A stretch of 64,000 nucleotides of DNA from a bacterium (GTDB lineage Bacteria; Bdellovibrionota_G; JALEGL01), in NCBI GenBank assembly GCA_022763185.1, contig JALEGL010000006.1, positions 95,793-159,792 of the forward strand. Reading direction: 5' to 3'. This document shows, one piece after another, positions 27,579-37,357 of this stretch; the stretch's first letter is position 1, and each line of letters begins with the position of its first letter. Made by a program: the position numbers and the translations under genes. Under the pieces are notes generated by a model. It did not search any database, was not told the DNA's origin, and worked only from the letters and a program-made list of their open reading frames with translations.

Positions 27579-28352
27579 ATGTCGGTTATTTTAAAAGAAC
27601 ACAATCAAGGTCAGGTTACTTTAACTTTTAATCGACCTGAAGCACTCAATGCTTTGAATCAAGAAGTTTTAGAGACTTTGCTTGAACATTTAAGAACAAT
27701 TGCTCAAGATAAAAGTATTGGTGTTGTTTGCTTAAAAGGAGCTGGAGATAAAGCTTTTATTGCCGGAGCAGACATCAAAGCCATGTCAGCTTTAACACAA
27801 GATGAAGCTAAGAAACTAGCAGCTTTAGGTCAGTCTATTGGTTATGCCTTAGAAACCATGCCACAAATTACTGTGGCCTGTGTGGATGGTTTTGCTTTGG
27901 GCGGTGGTTGTGAAATGGCCATGGCCTGTGATTTGATTTATGCCTCTGATAAAGCCAAGTTTGGTCAACCTGAAGTGAACTTGGGTGTGATTGCGGGCTT
28001 TGGTGGAACCCAACGTTTACCCAGAGCCATTGGAATTGTTAAAGCCAAAGAGCTTTTGTTTACCGGAAAAATGATAGGCGCAGAGGAAGCCAAACGCTTA
28101 GGATTGGTTTGTGATGTGTTTTTGGCAAATGATTTTGATACTGAAGTGCAAAAGGTTGTGGACCAGATGTTGGCTAAGGGGCCAAGGGCTTTGAGCTTGA
28201 CCAAAAAAGCTATTGACCAAGGCTACGCTTTAGACATTAAAGAAGGGTGTGACCTGGAAAGAGACTTGTTTGCCTCTTGTTTTGAAACTGCAGAACAACA
28301 AGAAGGCATGGAAGCATTTATCAATAAAAGAAAGGCAGTGTTTCAGCGATGA
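27579..28352 (+). CDS. enoyl-CoA hydratase (crotonase family)
   Basis: FIAGADIKAM, GFALGGGCEMAMACD and GFGGTQRLPR motifs. Confidence 0.9.
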   Translation: MSVILKEHNQGQVTLTFNRPEALNALNQEVLETLLEHLRTIAQDKSIGVVCLKGAGDKAFIAGADIKAMSALTQDEAKKLAALGQSIGYALETMPQITVACVDGFALGGGCEMAMACDLIYASDKAKFGQPEVNLGVIAGFGGTQRLPRAIGIVKAKELLFTGKMIGAEEAKRLGLVCDVFLANDFDTEVQKVVDQMLAKGPRALSLTKKAIDQGYALDIKEGCDLERDLFASCFETAEQQEGMEAFINKRKAVFQR

Positions 28353-29497
28353 ACTTTGAATTAACGACAGAACAACAAGAAATAAGAAATTTAGTCCGTG
28401 ACTTTGCAGAAAAAGAACTGCGACCCATTATTAAAAAAACAGATCAAGAGCATTGTTTTCCTGCAGAACAAGTGAAACAGTTGGGTGAAATGGGCTTAAT
28501 GGGCGTGTGTATTCCAACAGAGTACGGGGGGGCAGGGATGGATCCTGTTTCTTATGCTATTGTGATAGAGGAGTTGGCCAGAGTATGTCCGTCTACATCC
28601 GTGATAACATCTGTGAACAATTCATTGGTTTCTGAAGTGATCAAAAATTTTGGCACAGAAGAACAAAAGCAAAAGTTCTTGATTCCTCTAGCCAAAGGCG
28701 AACACTTAGGGGCTTATTGCTTAACTGAACCGCAATCCGGTTCAGACGCGGGCAATCAAAAGACGATTGCGGTGCGTGAAGGTGATGATTACATTATTAA
28801 CGGTGCTAAAAACTGGATTACCAATGGCCCACAAAGTGATACCTTGATTTTATTTTGTCTAACCCAACCGGAGTTAGGCAATAAGGGCATCACCGCTTTT
28901 ATTATTCCTACAACAACTCAGGGCGTAGAGATTGGAAAAGACGAAGATAAAATGGGGATTAGAGGATCGGGTACTTGTACCATAAGTTTCAATGAAGTCC
29001 GTGTGCCTGTTACCCAGCGCTTGGGAGAAGAAAAAGAAGGTTTTAAAATAGCCATGATGACTTTGGACAATGGCCGTATTGGTATTGGCGCCCAAGCTTT
29101 AGGGATTGCGCAAGCAGCTTTAGAAGAAGCTGTTAAATATTCTAAAGAAAGAAAGCAGTTTGATCAGAGTTTAAGTCAATTTCAAGGCATTCGTTGGATG
29201 TTGGCCGATATGGCAACGGATGTTGAGTCTGCACGCTTGATGGTTTATCAAGCAGCCTATAAAAAGTGGAAAAATCAAAACTATTCCAAGTATTCGGCTA
29301 TGGCCAAGCTTTTTGCATCTGAAGCTTCTTCAAGGGTGTGCAATCAAGCTTTACAGATTCATGGTGGATACGGATATATTAAAGAATATCCTTTGGAGCG
29401 TTTTTTGCGAGATGCAAGAATTACAGAAATCTATGAAGGTACCAGTGAAATCCAACGCTTGGTGATTGCCAATCGCTTGATTAAAGAGTATGCATAG
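28349..29497 (+). CDS. acyl-CoA dehydrogenase (short-chain/butyryl-CoA type)
   Basis: CLTEPQSGSDAG, WITNG and YEGTSEIQRLVIA motifs. Start overlaps the crt stop. Confidence 0.9.
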   Translation: MNFELTTEQQEIRNLVRDFAEKELRPIIKKTDQEHCFPAEQVKQLGEMGLMGVCIPTEYGGAGMDPVSYAIVIEELARVCPSTSVITSVNNSLVSEVIKNFGTEEQKQKFLIPLAKGEHLGAYCLTEPQSGSDAGNQKTIAVREGDDYIINGAKNWITNGPQSDTLILFCLTQPELGNKGITAFIIPTTTQGVEIGKDEDKMGIRGSGTCTISFNEVRVPVTQRLGEEKEGFKIAMMTLDNGRIGIGAQALGIAQAALEEAVKYSKERKQFDQSLSQFQGIRWMLADMATDVESARLMVYQAAYKKWKNQNYSKYSAMAKLFASEASSRVCNQALQIHGGYGYIKEYPLERFLRDARITEIYEGTSEIQRLVIANRLIKEYA

Positions 29498-29534
29498 TCT
29501 TAGAAGAAGTGAAGATTGAGGAAGGATAGAGCCC

Positions 29535-31211
29535 ATGGCTGATGATAAAACCAAAAGTTTAAAACAAGCCTTTGCTGACTGGGAAAGCAATGAGCTTGCA
29601 AAAGTTTTAGAAAAACGTCCTGAACGGCAAGAAGAATTCTATACTCTATCAGACAAGCCGGTCAAGCGTCTGTACACACCATTAGATAATGAAAATCTCG
29701 ACTTAGAAAAAGATTTGTCTTTGCCTGGTCAGTATCCATACACGCGCGGTGTGCATGAAACCATGTACAGAGGCAAGTTGTGGACCATGCGTCAGTTTGC
29801 CGGTTTTGGTACAGCTAAAGATACCAATAAACGTTTTAGATATCTATTAAGCCAAGGACAAACGGGTCTTTCTGTTGCATTTCATATGCCCACCATTATG
29901 GGCTATGACTCTGATCATGACCGTTCTCGTGGAGAAGTTGGAAAAACAGGGGTATCAATTGATACCTTGGAAGATATGGAAACATTGTTTGAAGGGATTC
30001 CCTTGGATGAAGTAACCACTTCCATGACCATCAATGCCCCAGCAACAATTTTGTATGCCATGTACCTGGCGGTTGCAGAAAAACAAGGGGTTCCTTGGAC
30101 GAAAGTGCGTGGGACAACCCAAAACGATATTTTAAAAGAATACATTGCACAAAAATCATGGATTTATCCACCCAAACCTTCCATGCGATTAATTGTGGAT
30201 ATGATGGAGTTTTCCAGTAAAGAGGTACCGGGTTGGAACACCATTTCAATTTCTGGCTACCATATCCGTGAAGCCGGCTCTACCGCAGCTCAAGAGTTAG
30301 CCTTTACTTTGGCAGATGGTATTGCATATGTACAAGCTGGTATTGAAAGAGGAATGGATGTTGATGACTTTGCGCCACGTTTGTCTTACTTTTTTAATGC
30401 CCACAATGATTTTTTTGAAGAAATTGGAAAGTTCAGAGCGGCAAGAAGAATTTGGGCACGGACCATGAAAGAACGTTTTGGTGCCAAGAACCCAAAGAGT
30501 TTAATGTGCAGGTTTCACACCCAAACAGCGGGCTGCTCTTTAACAGCTCAGCAGCCTTACAACAATGTGGTTAGAACCACCATGCAGGCCTTATCAGCGG
30601 TTTTAGGTGGAACCCAGTCTTTGCATACCAATTCTTTGGATGAAACCTTGGCCTTACCTACAGAAGAAACGGCAAGGCTGGCTTTAAGAACTCAGCAAGT
30701 GATTGCTGAAGAGTCTGGCGTAGCTTCAACCATAGATCCTTTAGGCGGTAGCTATTTTGTAGAAGCCATGACCGATAGTATTGAAAAAGATGCTTTGGCT
30801 TATATCGAAAAAATTGATGCCATGGGTGGTATGATAGAAGCCATTGAAAAAGGTTACCCGCAACGTGAAATTGGCAACTCTGCTTACAAGTTTCAAAAAC
30901 AGGTGGAACGGGGTGAAAAAACAGTTGTTGGCGTGAACAAATATTTGGTTGATGAAGAAGAAGATATTCCTACCTTGGTGGTGGATGAAAAAGTAGAAGC
31001 TGAGCAAATTGAAAACGTTAAGCGTATTAAGCAAAGCAGGGATAATGCAAAGGTGGAAGAAAGTTTGCGTAACTTAAATGCAGCCAGCAAAACCCAAGAA
31101 AACTTAATGCCGTATATTATTGAGGCTGTTCGCAATTATGCGTCTTTGGGTGAGATTTGTGATGTGTTTAGAGAAAACTTTGGTGAGTACCACGATCCTA
31201 AGTGGTTGTAG
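29535..31211 (+). CDS. icmA: acyl-CoA mutase large (catalytic) subunit, isobutyryl-CoA mutase IcmA-like
   Basis: Methylmalonyl-CoA-mutase-family TIM-barrel domain ([50 protein letters not shown]). At the two substrate-specifying positions it has Phe (RQFAGF; Tyr in MCM) and Gln (KEYIAQKSW; Arg in MCM), the combination I recall for ICM rather than MCM. Confidence 0.7.
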   Translation: MADDKTKSLKQAFADWESNELAKVLEKRPERQEEFYTLSDKPVKRLYTPLDNENLDLEKDLSLPGQYPYTRGVHETMYRGKLWTMRQFAGFGTAKDTNKRFRYLLSQGQTGLSVAFHMPTIMGYDSDHDRSRGEVGKTGVSIDTLEDMETLFEGIPLDEVTTSMTINAPATILYAMYLAVAEKQGVPWTKVRGTTQNDILKEYIAQKSWIYPPKPSMRLIVDMMEFSSKEVPGWNTISISGYHIREAGSTAAQELAFTLADGIAYVQAGIERGMDVDDFAPRLSYFFNAHNDFFEEIGKFRAARRIWARTMKERFGAKNPKSLMCRFHTQTAGCSLTAQQPYNNVVRTTMQALSAVLGGTQSLHTNSLDETLALPTEETARLALRTQQVIAEESGVASTIDPLGGSYFVEAMTDSIEKDALAYIEKIDAMGGMIEAIEKGYPQREIGNSAYKFQKQVERGEKTVVGVNKYLVDEEEDIPTLVVDEKVEAEQIENVKRIKQSRDNAKVEESLRNLNAASKTQENLMPYIIEAVRNYASLGEICDVFRENFGEYHDPKWL

Positions 31212-31230
31212 AAATTGAAAGGATGTCTGA

Positions 31231-31638
31231 ATGAGTCAGTTAAGAATATTGGTGGCCAAACCCGGTCTTGATGGTCATGATAGAGGGGCTAAAGTTGTTG
31301 CAAGAGCGCTTAGAGACGCTGGATTTGAAGTGATTTACACCGGCTTGCATCAAACCCCACAAATGATTGTGGATGCAGCGGTTGATGAGGACGTTGATGC
31401 AGTGAGTATGTCCGTCTTGTCTGGGGCGCATATGTTTTTGTTTCCTGAAGTCATAAAGTTACTGAAAGAAAAAAATGCCAGTGATATTGCTGTTTTTGGT
31501 GGTGGTATTATTCCTGACGAAGATATTCCTAAGCTGTATGAACAAGGTGTAGCTAAAATATTTACTCCAGGGGTTTCTTTAGAAGAAATAACAACTTGGG
31601 TAAGAGAGAATGTAAAATCAACGAAAGGAATAAGTTGA
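31231..31638 (+). CDS. icmB: acyl-CoA mutase small subunit (cobalamin-binding domain), IcmB-like
   Basis: 135 aa with the B12-binding DxHxxG motif ([12 protein letters not shown]) and SGAH...; immediately downstream of the large subunit. Confidence 0.75.
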   Translation: MSQLRILVAKPGLDGHDRGAKVVARALRDAGFEVIYTGLHQTPQMIVDAAVDEDVDAVSMSVLSGAHMFLFPEVIKLLKEKNASDIAVFGGGIIPDEDIPKLYEQGVAKIFTPGVSLEEITTWVRENVKSTKGIS

Positions 31639-31739
31639 TAAAAAGCTCACGGGAGTGAAAAAACGGAAACCGCGTTTGCGTTTTTGAAAGGGTCGTGAGA
31701 CCCTCTGAAGAAAAGAGCGAAGCGGGAGAAGAAAACACC

Positions 31740-31778
31740 AGCTGGGTTAGAGACAACGTAAAGTCAACGAAAGGATAA
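31740..31778 (+). pseudogene. fossil duplicate of the icmB 3' end (SWVRDNVKSTKG*)
   Basis: The 36 nt at 31740-31775 match icmB 31594-31629 ([12 protein letters not shown]). Within the W...G stretch every difference falls at a codon third position. It is followed by TAA, and 5 nt later by the ATG of the next gene. The frame upstream is closed by TGA at 31656-31658, with no start codon. Confidence 0.45.
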
Positions 31779-31783
31779 AATAG

Positions 31784-32923
31784 ATGGATTTCGATCTCAA
31801 TGAAAATCACAAAATGATTCAAAATATGGTTCGTGAGTTTGCCCAAAATGAAATTAAACCAGGCGCTGCAGAGCGTGATGAGAGTAGAGAGTTTCCCATG
31901 GAAATTTGTAAAAAGTTGGGTGAATTGGGTTTGATGGGTCTGACCGTGGAAGAAAAGTTTGGTGGTTCAGAGATGGACGTTACTAGTTTTGCCATTGTAG
32001 TAGAAGAAGTAGCCAAAGTAGATGGTTCTGTGGCTCTGACAATTGCATCACACAATGGTTTGTGTTGCGGACATATCAGTCTTGCAGGTAATGATGAGCA
32101 AAAACAAAAGTACTTGCCAAAACTTGCTTCAGCAGAGCACTTGGGGGCATGGTGTTTGACTGAACCGGATTCAGGATCTGATGCACTGGCCATGAAAACA
32201 ACCGCAACTTTGGATGGTGATGATTATATTATTAATGGCTCTAAAATGTTTATTACCCAAGGGTCCGTTGCGCAAACGTATGTTGTGATTACAAATACAA
32301 TCATTGAAGGTGAAGATAAAGGTCCTTCTGCATTTGTTGTGGAAAGAAATAGTAGTGGTCTCACACCGGGTAAGCCAGAAGATAAACTAGGGTTAAAATC
32401 AAGTGATACAGCCTCAGTCAGTTTTGATAATGTCAGGGTGTCTAAGGCTAACCTTTTAGGAGAAGTGGGACAAGGGTTCAAAGATGCTTTAAAAATTTTG
32501 GACAAAGGAAGAGTTGTCATTGGTGCCATGGCTTTAGGTTTAGGTAAAGCGGCTTTGGAAGAAGCCACCAAGTACTCCATTGAAAGAACTGCTTTTGGTA
32601 AACCTATTTCCAAATTTCAAGCCATACAGTGGAAACTGGCAGATGCTGCGACAGAGCTTGAAGTTGCCGATGTTTTATTGAAAAGAGCATCGAGCTTACA
32701 TGATCAAAAAAAATACGCTAAAAAAGAATCCTCCATGGCCAAACTGTATGCTTCAGAAGCAGCTTGGAGAGCGTGTAATATGGCGATTCAAGTGCATGGC
32801 GGCTATGGTTATGTTTCTGAATATCCGGTAGAGCGTTTTTATAGAGATGTGAAACTGTGCGAGATTGGTGAAGGAACCAGTCAAATTCAAAGAGAAGTTA
32901 TTTCTAGAGAAATCCTCAAGTAG
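31784..32923 (+). CDS. acyl-CoA dehydrogenase (second copy; branched/short-chain type)
   Basis: CLTEPDSGSDA, FITQG and IGEGTSQIQREVI motifs. Paralog of 28349-29497. Confidence 0.9.
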   Translation: MDFDLNENHKMIQNMVREFAQNEIKPGAAERDESREFPMEICKKLGELGLMGLTVEEKFGGSEMDVTSFAIVVEEVAKVDGSVALTIASHNGLCCGHISLAGNDEQKQKYLPKLASAEHLGAWCLTEPDSGSDALAMKTTATLDGDDYIINGSKMFITQGSVAQTYVVITNTIIEGEDKGPSAFVVERNSSGLTPGKPEDKLGLKSSDTASVSFDNVRVSKANLLGEVGQGFKDALKILDKGRVVIGAMALGLGKAALEEATKYSIERTAFGKPISKFQAIQWKLADAATELEVADVLLKRASSLHDQKKYAKKESSMAKLYASEAAWRACNMAIQVHGGYGYVSEYPVERFYRDVKLCEIGEGTSQIQREVISREILK

Positions 32924-32943
32924 GGTATACACTGATTGCCAGC

Positions 32944-33612
32944 ATGACAGAAACTTTAGTACAAGCTTATAATTACTTGGCCAAAGGTGGGCCAGTTATG
33001 ATTTTAATTGGCTTGTGTTCTATTGTTGCTGTGGCCATTGTGATTGAAAGATATTTAGCTCTAAAAAAAACAGTTATTTTCCCAAAGCCCATGATGCGAT
33101 CCTTTAATGAAAGCATGCGCAAAAAAGACTGGCAAAGTATTGCTCAATTGTCTCAAGTTTACGATGTTCCCTTAACACGCTTAAGTTCTTTGGTCTTAAG
33201 CCATGGCAATAGTAATTACCAACAAAAAAAAGATGCTGTAGAAATGCAGGGACGCTTAGAGCTTGAAGGCTTGGAAAAAAATTTAAATCTTCTGGGCAGT
33301 ATTGCCAGTATTTCACCTTTATTAGGCTTATTAGGAACCGTAACCGGGATGATTAAGACCTTTGCAGCAATTAAGCTGGTAGGTGTTGGTGACCCTTTAG
33401 AGCTTTCTGCCGGTATTTCAGAGGCATTATTAAACACAGCCGCTGGCTTATTGGTAGCGATTCCTGCATATGTTTTGCATCGTCACTTTTACAAAAAAAT
33501 TGATCATTATGGATTAAAACTTGAAGAATTGTCACAAAGTTTGTTGAATAATTTTAAGACCAAGGAAAATGACACCTCAGTGCAAGACAATAAGCACAAA
33601 AAAGAATCATGA
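32944..33612 (+). CDS. MotA/TolQ/ExbB family proton-channel protein
   Basis: 3-TM layout with the conserved C-terminal block SPLLGLLGTVTGMIKTF...ISEALLNTAAGLLVAIPA. Confidence 0.8.
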   Translation: MTETLVQAYNYLAKGGPVMILIGLCSIVAVAIVIERYLALKKTVIFPKPMMRSFNESMRKKDWQSIAQLSQVYDVPLTRLSSLVLSHGNSNYQQKKDAVEMQGRLELEGLEKNLNLLGSIASISPLLGLLGTVTGMIKTFAAIKLVGVGDPLELSAGISEALLNTAAGLLVAIPAYVLHRHFYKKIDHYGLKLEELSQSLLNNFKTKENDTSVQDNKHKKES

Positions 33613-34007
33613 AGTTTAGACAGACAAGTAATAAATTGAGAGATGTGGAAATATCGTTAACCCCGTTGATTGATTTGTTTTTAAATATTTTGGTTTTCTT
33701 TTTGATCTCTACATCTTTTAGTCAAAACAAATGGATTCAAATTAATTTACCCAAGACTGAGTCTGGAGAAGTATCAACAGAGAACAAAATACTAGCGATA
33801 GCGCTAGATAATAACAACGGAGTTTTTTTAAATAAAGAGAAAATCAGTCAGGATTCTCTTATTGAGACTTTAAGCCGTCAGCAAGACAAGTCTATACCGG
33901 TTATTTTAGCTGCAGATGAATTGGCAGCACATGGAAAAGTTATGCAAATTCTTGATCAAATAAAACTAGCAGGTTTAAATAATATTAGTGTATTGAGCAC
34001 GGAATAA
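33609..34007 (+). CDS. ExbD/TolR family biopolymer transport protein
   Basis: 132 aa; N-terminal ISLTPLIDLFLNILVFFLI with the conserved Asp. Start overlaps the upstream stop. Confidence 0.8.
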   Translation: MKFRQTSNKLRDVEISLTPLIDLFLNILVFFLISTSFSQNKWIQINLPKTESGEVSTENKILAIALDNNNGVFLNKEKISQDSLIETLSRQQDKSIPVILAADELAAHGKVMQILDQIKLAGLNNISVLSTE

Positions 34008-34021
34008 TGACTGGAGAAAAA

Positions 34022-35995
34022 ATGAGTAGAGTAAAATTGTGGGAAGGCAGTGAAGCGTTTAAGCAGTCTTCTAACATGAGTGATTTCATAAATGATGTAA
34101 ACCATCAGACTAAAGAAAATATTCAAAGCTATGATGATTTATATCAGTGGTCTGTGAATAATACTGATCAGTTTTGGACTCAATTACTTCATTATTCCAA
34201 ATTACACACGCAAGGTGAATATAAAAAAGTTAAAAGCCAGGAAACCATGCCAGGAGTAAACTGGTTTGAGGGCTTAAAATTAAACTTTGCTCAGAATATT
34301 TTGGCTTATTACCAAGCCAACCCCGAAGAAAATGCTATTTGTAGTTTTTTAGAAAACGGTGCCAAAAGTAAAATCTCAGGGCAAGAATTAATTGATCAAG
34401 TAAAATCTTTAGCCAATTATTTAAGGAATCACGGTGTAGAAAAAGGTGACCGGGTTGTAGGTATTTGTTCAAATACAGTTGAACCAGTTGTAGCTATGTT
34501 AGCGGCAACAAGTTTAGGTGCCATATGGGCATCATGTTCTCCAGAGTTTGGGCAAAGTACAGTTTTGGATCGTTTAGAGCAAATCCATCCAAAAGTTGTT
34601 ATTGCGGTTGATGGCTACCAATACAATGGTAAGGTATATCATAAACATGAGCAGCTGGTGGATATGATTAACTCTTTAGACAGCGTAGAAAAAGTGATTA
34701 TCATTCACCAAGTGGCCATGAAACATATGTATCCGGCAGATAATTGGTACTCGTGGAGTGATGCCGTTACGCAATATACAGAAGGTGAACTGGAGTTTAC
34801 ACCGATGGATTTTAATGATCCAGCTTATATTTTATTTTCATCTGGGACTACAGGTAAGCCTAAGTGTATTGTACATAGTGTGGGTGGTGTTTTATTACAG
34901 CATTACAAAGAATTGGCCTTGCATACCAATCTTAAACCACGTGAGAAGTTTTTTTATTACACCACTACAGGTTGGATGATGTGGAATTGGATGGTTTCTG
35001 CCTTGATGTTAGGAGTTGAGCTGGTTTTATACGATGGCAGTGCAGTGTATCCTGATATGGATAGGTTATGGAGTTTTGTTGATGAGGAAAAAATCAATGT
35101 TTTTGGCACCAGTGCAAAGTTTATCGATGCTTGCAGAAAAGAGAAAAGTTTTCAACCCAGCTCAGGCAAAGACTTAAGGTGTATTCTCTCAACTGGGTCA
35201 CCCTTAATGTCTGAAAACTTTGATTGGATTTACCAGAAAGTAAAGAAAGATGTTCAACTTTGTTCTATTTCTGGCGGTACTGATATTGTATCGTGTTTCT
35301 TTTTAGGTAATCCATTACGTCCAGTTTATAGAGGCGAGTTACAGTGTGCAGGTTTGGCCATGGATGTTAAAGCTTTTGATGAGCAAGGACAAGCTGTTTA
35401 TGAAAAAGAGGCAGAATTGGTTTGTTTGCAACCCGTGCCCAGTATGCCTGTTATGTTTTGGAATGACCCAGACCATGAGCGTTATACCCAAGCTTATTTT
35501 TCTACCTATGAAAATATGTGGCGCCATGGGGACTATATTGTTTTACTTAAAGATTATGCATGTATTATTTATGGAAGAAGTGATGCAACTCTGAACCCTG
35601 GCGGTGTAAGAATAGGGACTTCAGAAATTTATAGGGTTGTTAATCAATTGGAAGAACTTGAAGACAGTGTTGTTATTGGGCAAGACCATGAAAATGATGT
35701 GAGGGTGGTTTTATTTGTTAAGCTTAAAGGTGAGAACAACTTATCTTCTGATTTAAAACAAAAAATAAAAGATGTTTTGAAACAACAAGCTTCTCCAAGG
35801 CATGCGCCAAGTCTTATTTTTCAGGTCAGTGATATTCCGTATACGGTGAGTGGAAAGAAAGTAGAATTAGCGGTTAAACAAATTATGCATGGACAACTCA
35901 TTGAAAATAAAGGAGCTATTGCCAATCCAGAAGTTTTAGAAGATTTTTATGCCATTAAAAATGAACTTGAAAATTCAAGAAGTATTGTAGCATAA
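34022..35995 (+). CDS. acetoacetyl-CoA synthetase (acetoacetate-CoA ligase)
   Basis: ~657 aa of the AMP-forming acyl-CoA synthetase family (FSSGTTGKPKCIVHS, GRSDATLNPGGVRIGTSEIY, SGKKVE). The long N-terminal region is typical of AacS. I prefer ATG 34022 (GGAG 7 nt upstream); ATG 34007, overlapping the exbD stop, is the alternative. Confidence 0.8.
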   Translation: MSRVKLWEGSEAFKQSSNMSDFINDVNHQTKENIQSYDDLYQWSVNNTDQFWTQLLHYSKLHTQGEYKKVKSQETMPGVNWFEGLKLNFAQNILAYYQANPEENAICSFLENGAKSKISGQELIDQVKSLANYLRNHGVEKGDRVVGICSNTVEPVVAMLAATSLGAIWASCSPEFGQSTVLDRLEQIHPKVVIAVDGYQYNGKVYHKHEQLVDMINSLDSVEKVIIIHQVAMKHMYPADNWYSWSDAVTQYTEGELEFTPMDFNDPAYILFSSGTTGKPKCIVHSVGGVLLQHYKELALHTNLKPREKFFYYTTTGWMMWNWMVSALMLGVELVLYDGSAVYPDMDRLWSFVDEEKINVFGTSAKFIDACRKEKSFQPSSGKDLRCILSTGSPLMSENFDWIYQKVKKDVQLCSISGGTDIVSCFFLGNPLRPVYRGELQCAGLAMDVKAFDEQGQAVYEKEAELVCLQPVPSMPVMFWNDPDHERYTQAYFSTYENMWRHGDYIVLLKDYACIIYGRSDATLNPGGVRIGTSEIYRVVNQLEELEDSVVIGQDHENDVRVVLFVKLKGENNLSSDLKQKIKDVLKQQASPRHAPSLIFQVSDIPYTVSGKKVELAVKQIMHGQLIENKGAIANPEVLEDFYAIKNELENSRSIVA

Positions 35996-36008
35996 AAAAA
36001 TTATCTTT

Positions 36009-37259
36009 TTATTGAATTGCTTTTTCTGCAAAATCGCAAAGCTCATCATGCTTGGCTTTGGCATCATTATAACCTAAGCGTAATAACTGATTAATAAAAG
36101 TAGGTTCAAAGAGAAAGTAACTTAAGAATTCTGTTCCGCGTTTTTCGTCTATTTCTAAAAGTTTAAGGATGATTTTCTCAATACTCCCTATGCTTTCCAT
36201 ATTTTTATAAGACTGTTTGAGTTGTTCATCAACTAGCTTAGATATATTAATACTGGGTTCAATATTAAGAATTTCAATTGGACGGGTATTGGTTTCCTGG
36301 CAAAAGTACTGATAGTCTTTTTTGCTTAGAAGTTTTTCAGTGATGGCATGAATTTTATTTATTTTATGAACATTATGAACATCGGCTTCAAGTCTATCAA
36401 TTAGAGCTGCTTCAAGAAGTTTACCCATAATATCACCAAGGCCAGGTCTCTGGATAGTATCTGACTCAGATATTCTAGGTTGAGAGTTTTCCAGCTCTTC
36501 TTCAGCAGATGCTGTACCTATAACCAAGACCATATTTCCACCTAAATCTAAAGCAGGTTTAAGCGGAGTTCTTAAGCGTAAACCTCCGTCATTATAATAG
36601 GTTTCATCGATGGTCACGGGAGGAAATAAAACAGGGAGAGCCGCAGAGGCCATGACGTGACGGGCTGTGATTTTCTGAAATCTAAAGTCTGGATTAGCAT
36701 CAATTTTTAAATCTGGATGTTTATCAACAAAAATTTCTACCTGGCCAGTATTTAAGTTGGTCGCAGATACTGCAACAGCTTGAATAATCCCTTTTTTAAT
36801 ATTGTTAGGTATATTTTGAAAGGAGCAATTTTTGGTTAAAAAATTTTGAAAGGGCTTTGTATTAAATAGAGAGCTAAAGCCCAGTTTTTTATCATCTTCT
36901 TTGTAAAGATCTTTTACACCAAAAAGACTGGCAATCGCTCCAAAAGAGCTTTGGATTAAAAACTTACTGGACGTCATCGGGCCACGTTTATAGATATCTT
37001 CAGATTTAATGTTAGACCATAGATCATGAAGCTGTTGACCTTGTACAATTGGCTCATGAGCATATGCAGCCATAAATGCTGCATTGATACTTCCTACACT
37101 GGCACCAACTTGTATTTTAAAAATTAGCTTTTTTGCAAGTTTGGTAGGCAGACCTGTTCTAATATAATGTATAACACCGGCTTCATAAGCTCCACGTGTG
37201 CCACCGCCAGAAAGAACTACTGCAGGAACATTTTTTGGATTTTTAGACCACCACGCCAC
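36009..37259 (-). CDS. patatin-like phospholipase
   Basis: Oxyanion GGGTRGAYEAG, nucleophile elbow GASVGS, catalytic Asp motif NDGG. Confidence 0.85.
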   Translation of the reverse strand: MAWWSKNPKNVPAVVLSGGGTRGAYEAGVIHYIRTGLPTKLAKKLIFKIQVGASVGSINAAFMAAYAHEPIVQGQQLHDLWSNIKSEDIYKRGPMTSSKFLIQSSFGAIASLFGVKDLYKEDDKKLGFSSLFNTKPFQNFLTKNCSFQNIPNNIKKGIIQAVAVSATNLNTGQVEIFVDKHPDLKIDANPDFRFQKITARHVMASAALPVLFPPVTIDETYYNDGGLRLRTPLKPALDLGGNMVLVIGTASAEEELENSQPRISESDTIQRPGLGDIMGKLLEAALIDRLEADVHNVHKINKIHAITEKLLSKKDYQYFCQETNTRPIEILNIEPSINISKLVDEQLKQSYKNMESIGSIEKIILKLLEIDEKRGTEFLSYFLFEPTFINQLLRLGYNDAKAKHDELCDFAEKAIQ

Positions 37260-37357
37260 AGTGCAAAATTACTATGTAAAATGGATTAACACAATATTAC
37301 GGTGAAGATTGATTAAAATATTGCTGATTTTTTCTACTCCACGTAGAATAAAAATTC

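Noticed and set aside
31712-31727. An exact 16-mer, AAAGAGCGAAGCGGGA, shared with 52950-52965 (immediately 3' of tRNA-Leu). I considered it as a dispersed repeat or att-like core linking the two junction regions.
   Set aside because: For a 64-kb window on both strands, about one exact 16-mer coincidence is expected by chance, and the similarity does not extend on either side. I keep it only as a note; a genome-wide count of the motif would settle it.
31562-31846. A 94-aa minus-strand ORF spanning the icmB/acyl-CoA dehydrogenase spacer. I considered it as a possible gene carried by an inserted element.
   Set aside because: It overlaps both flanking coding regions in antisense, has no RBS, and has no recognisable domain. 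The spacer is better explained by the duplicated icmB 3' end.
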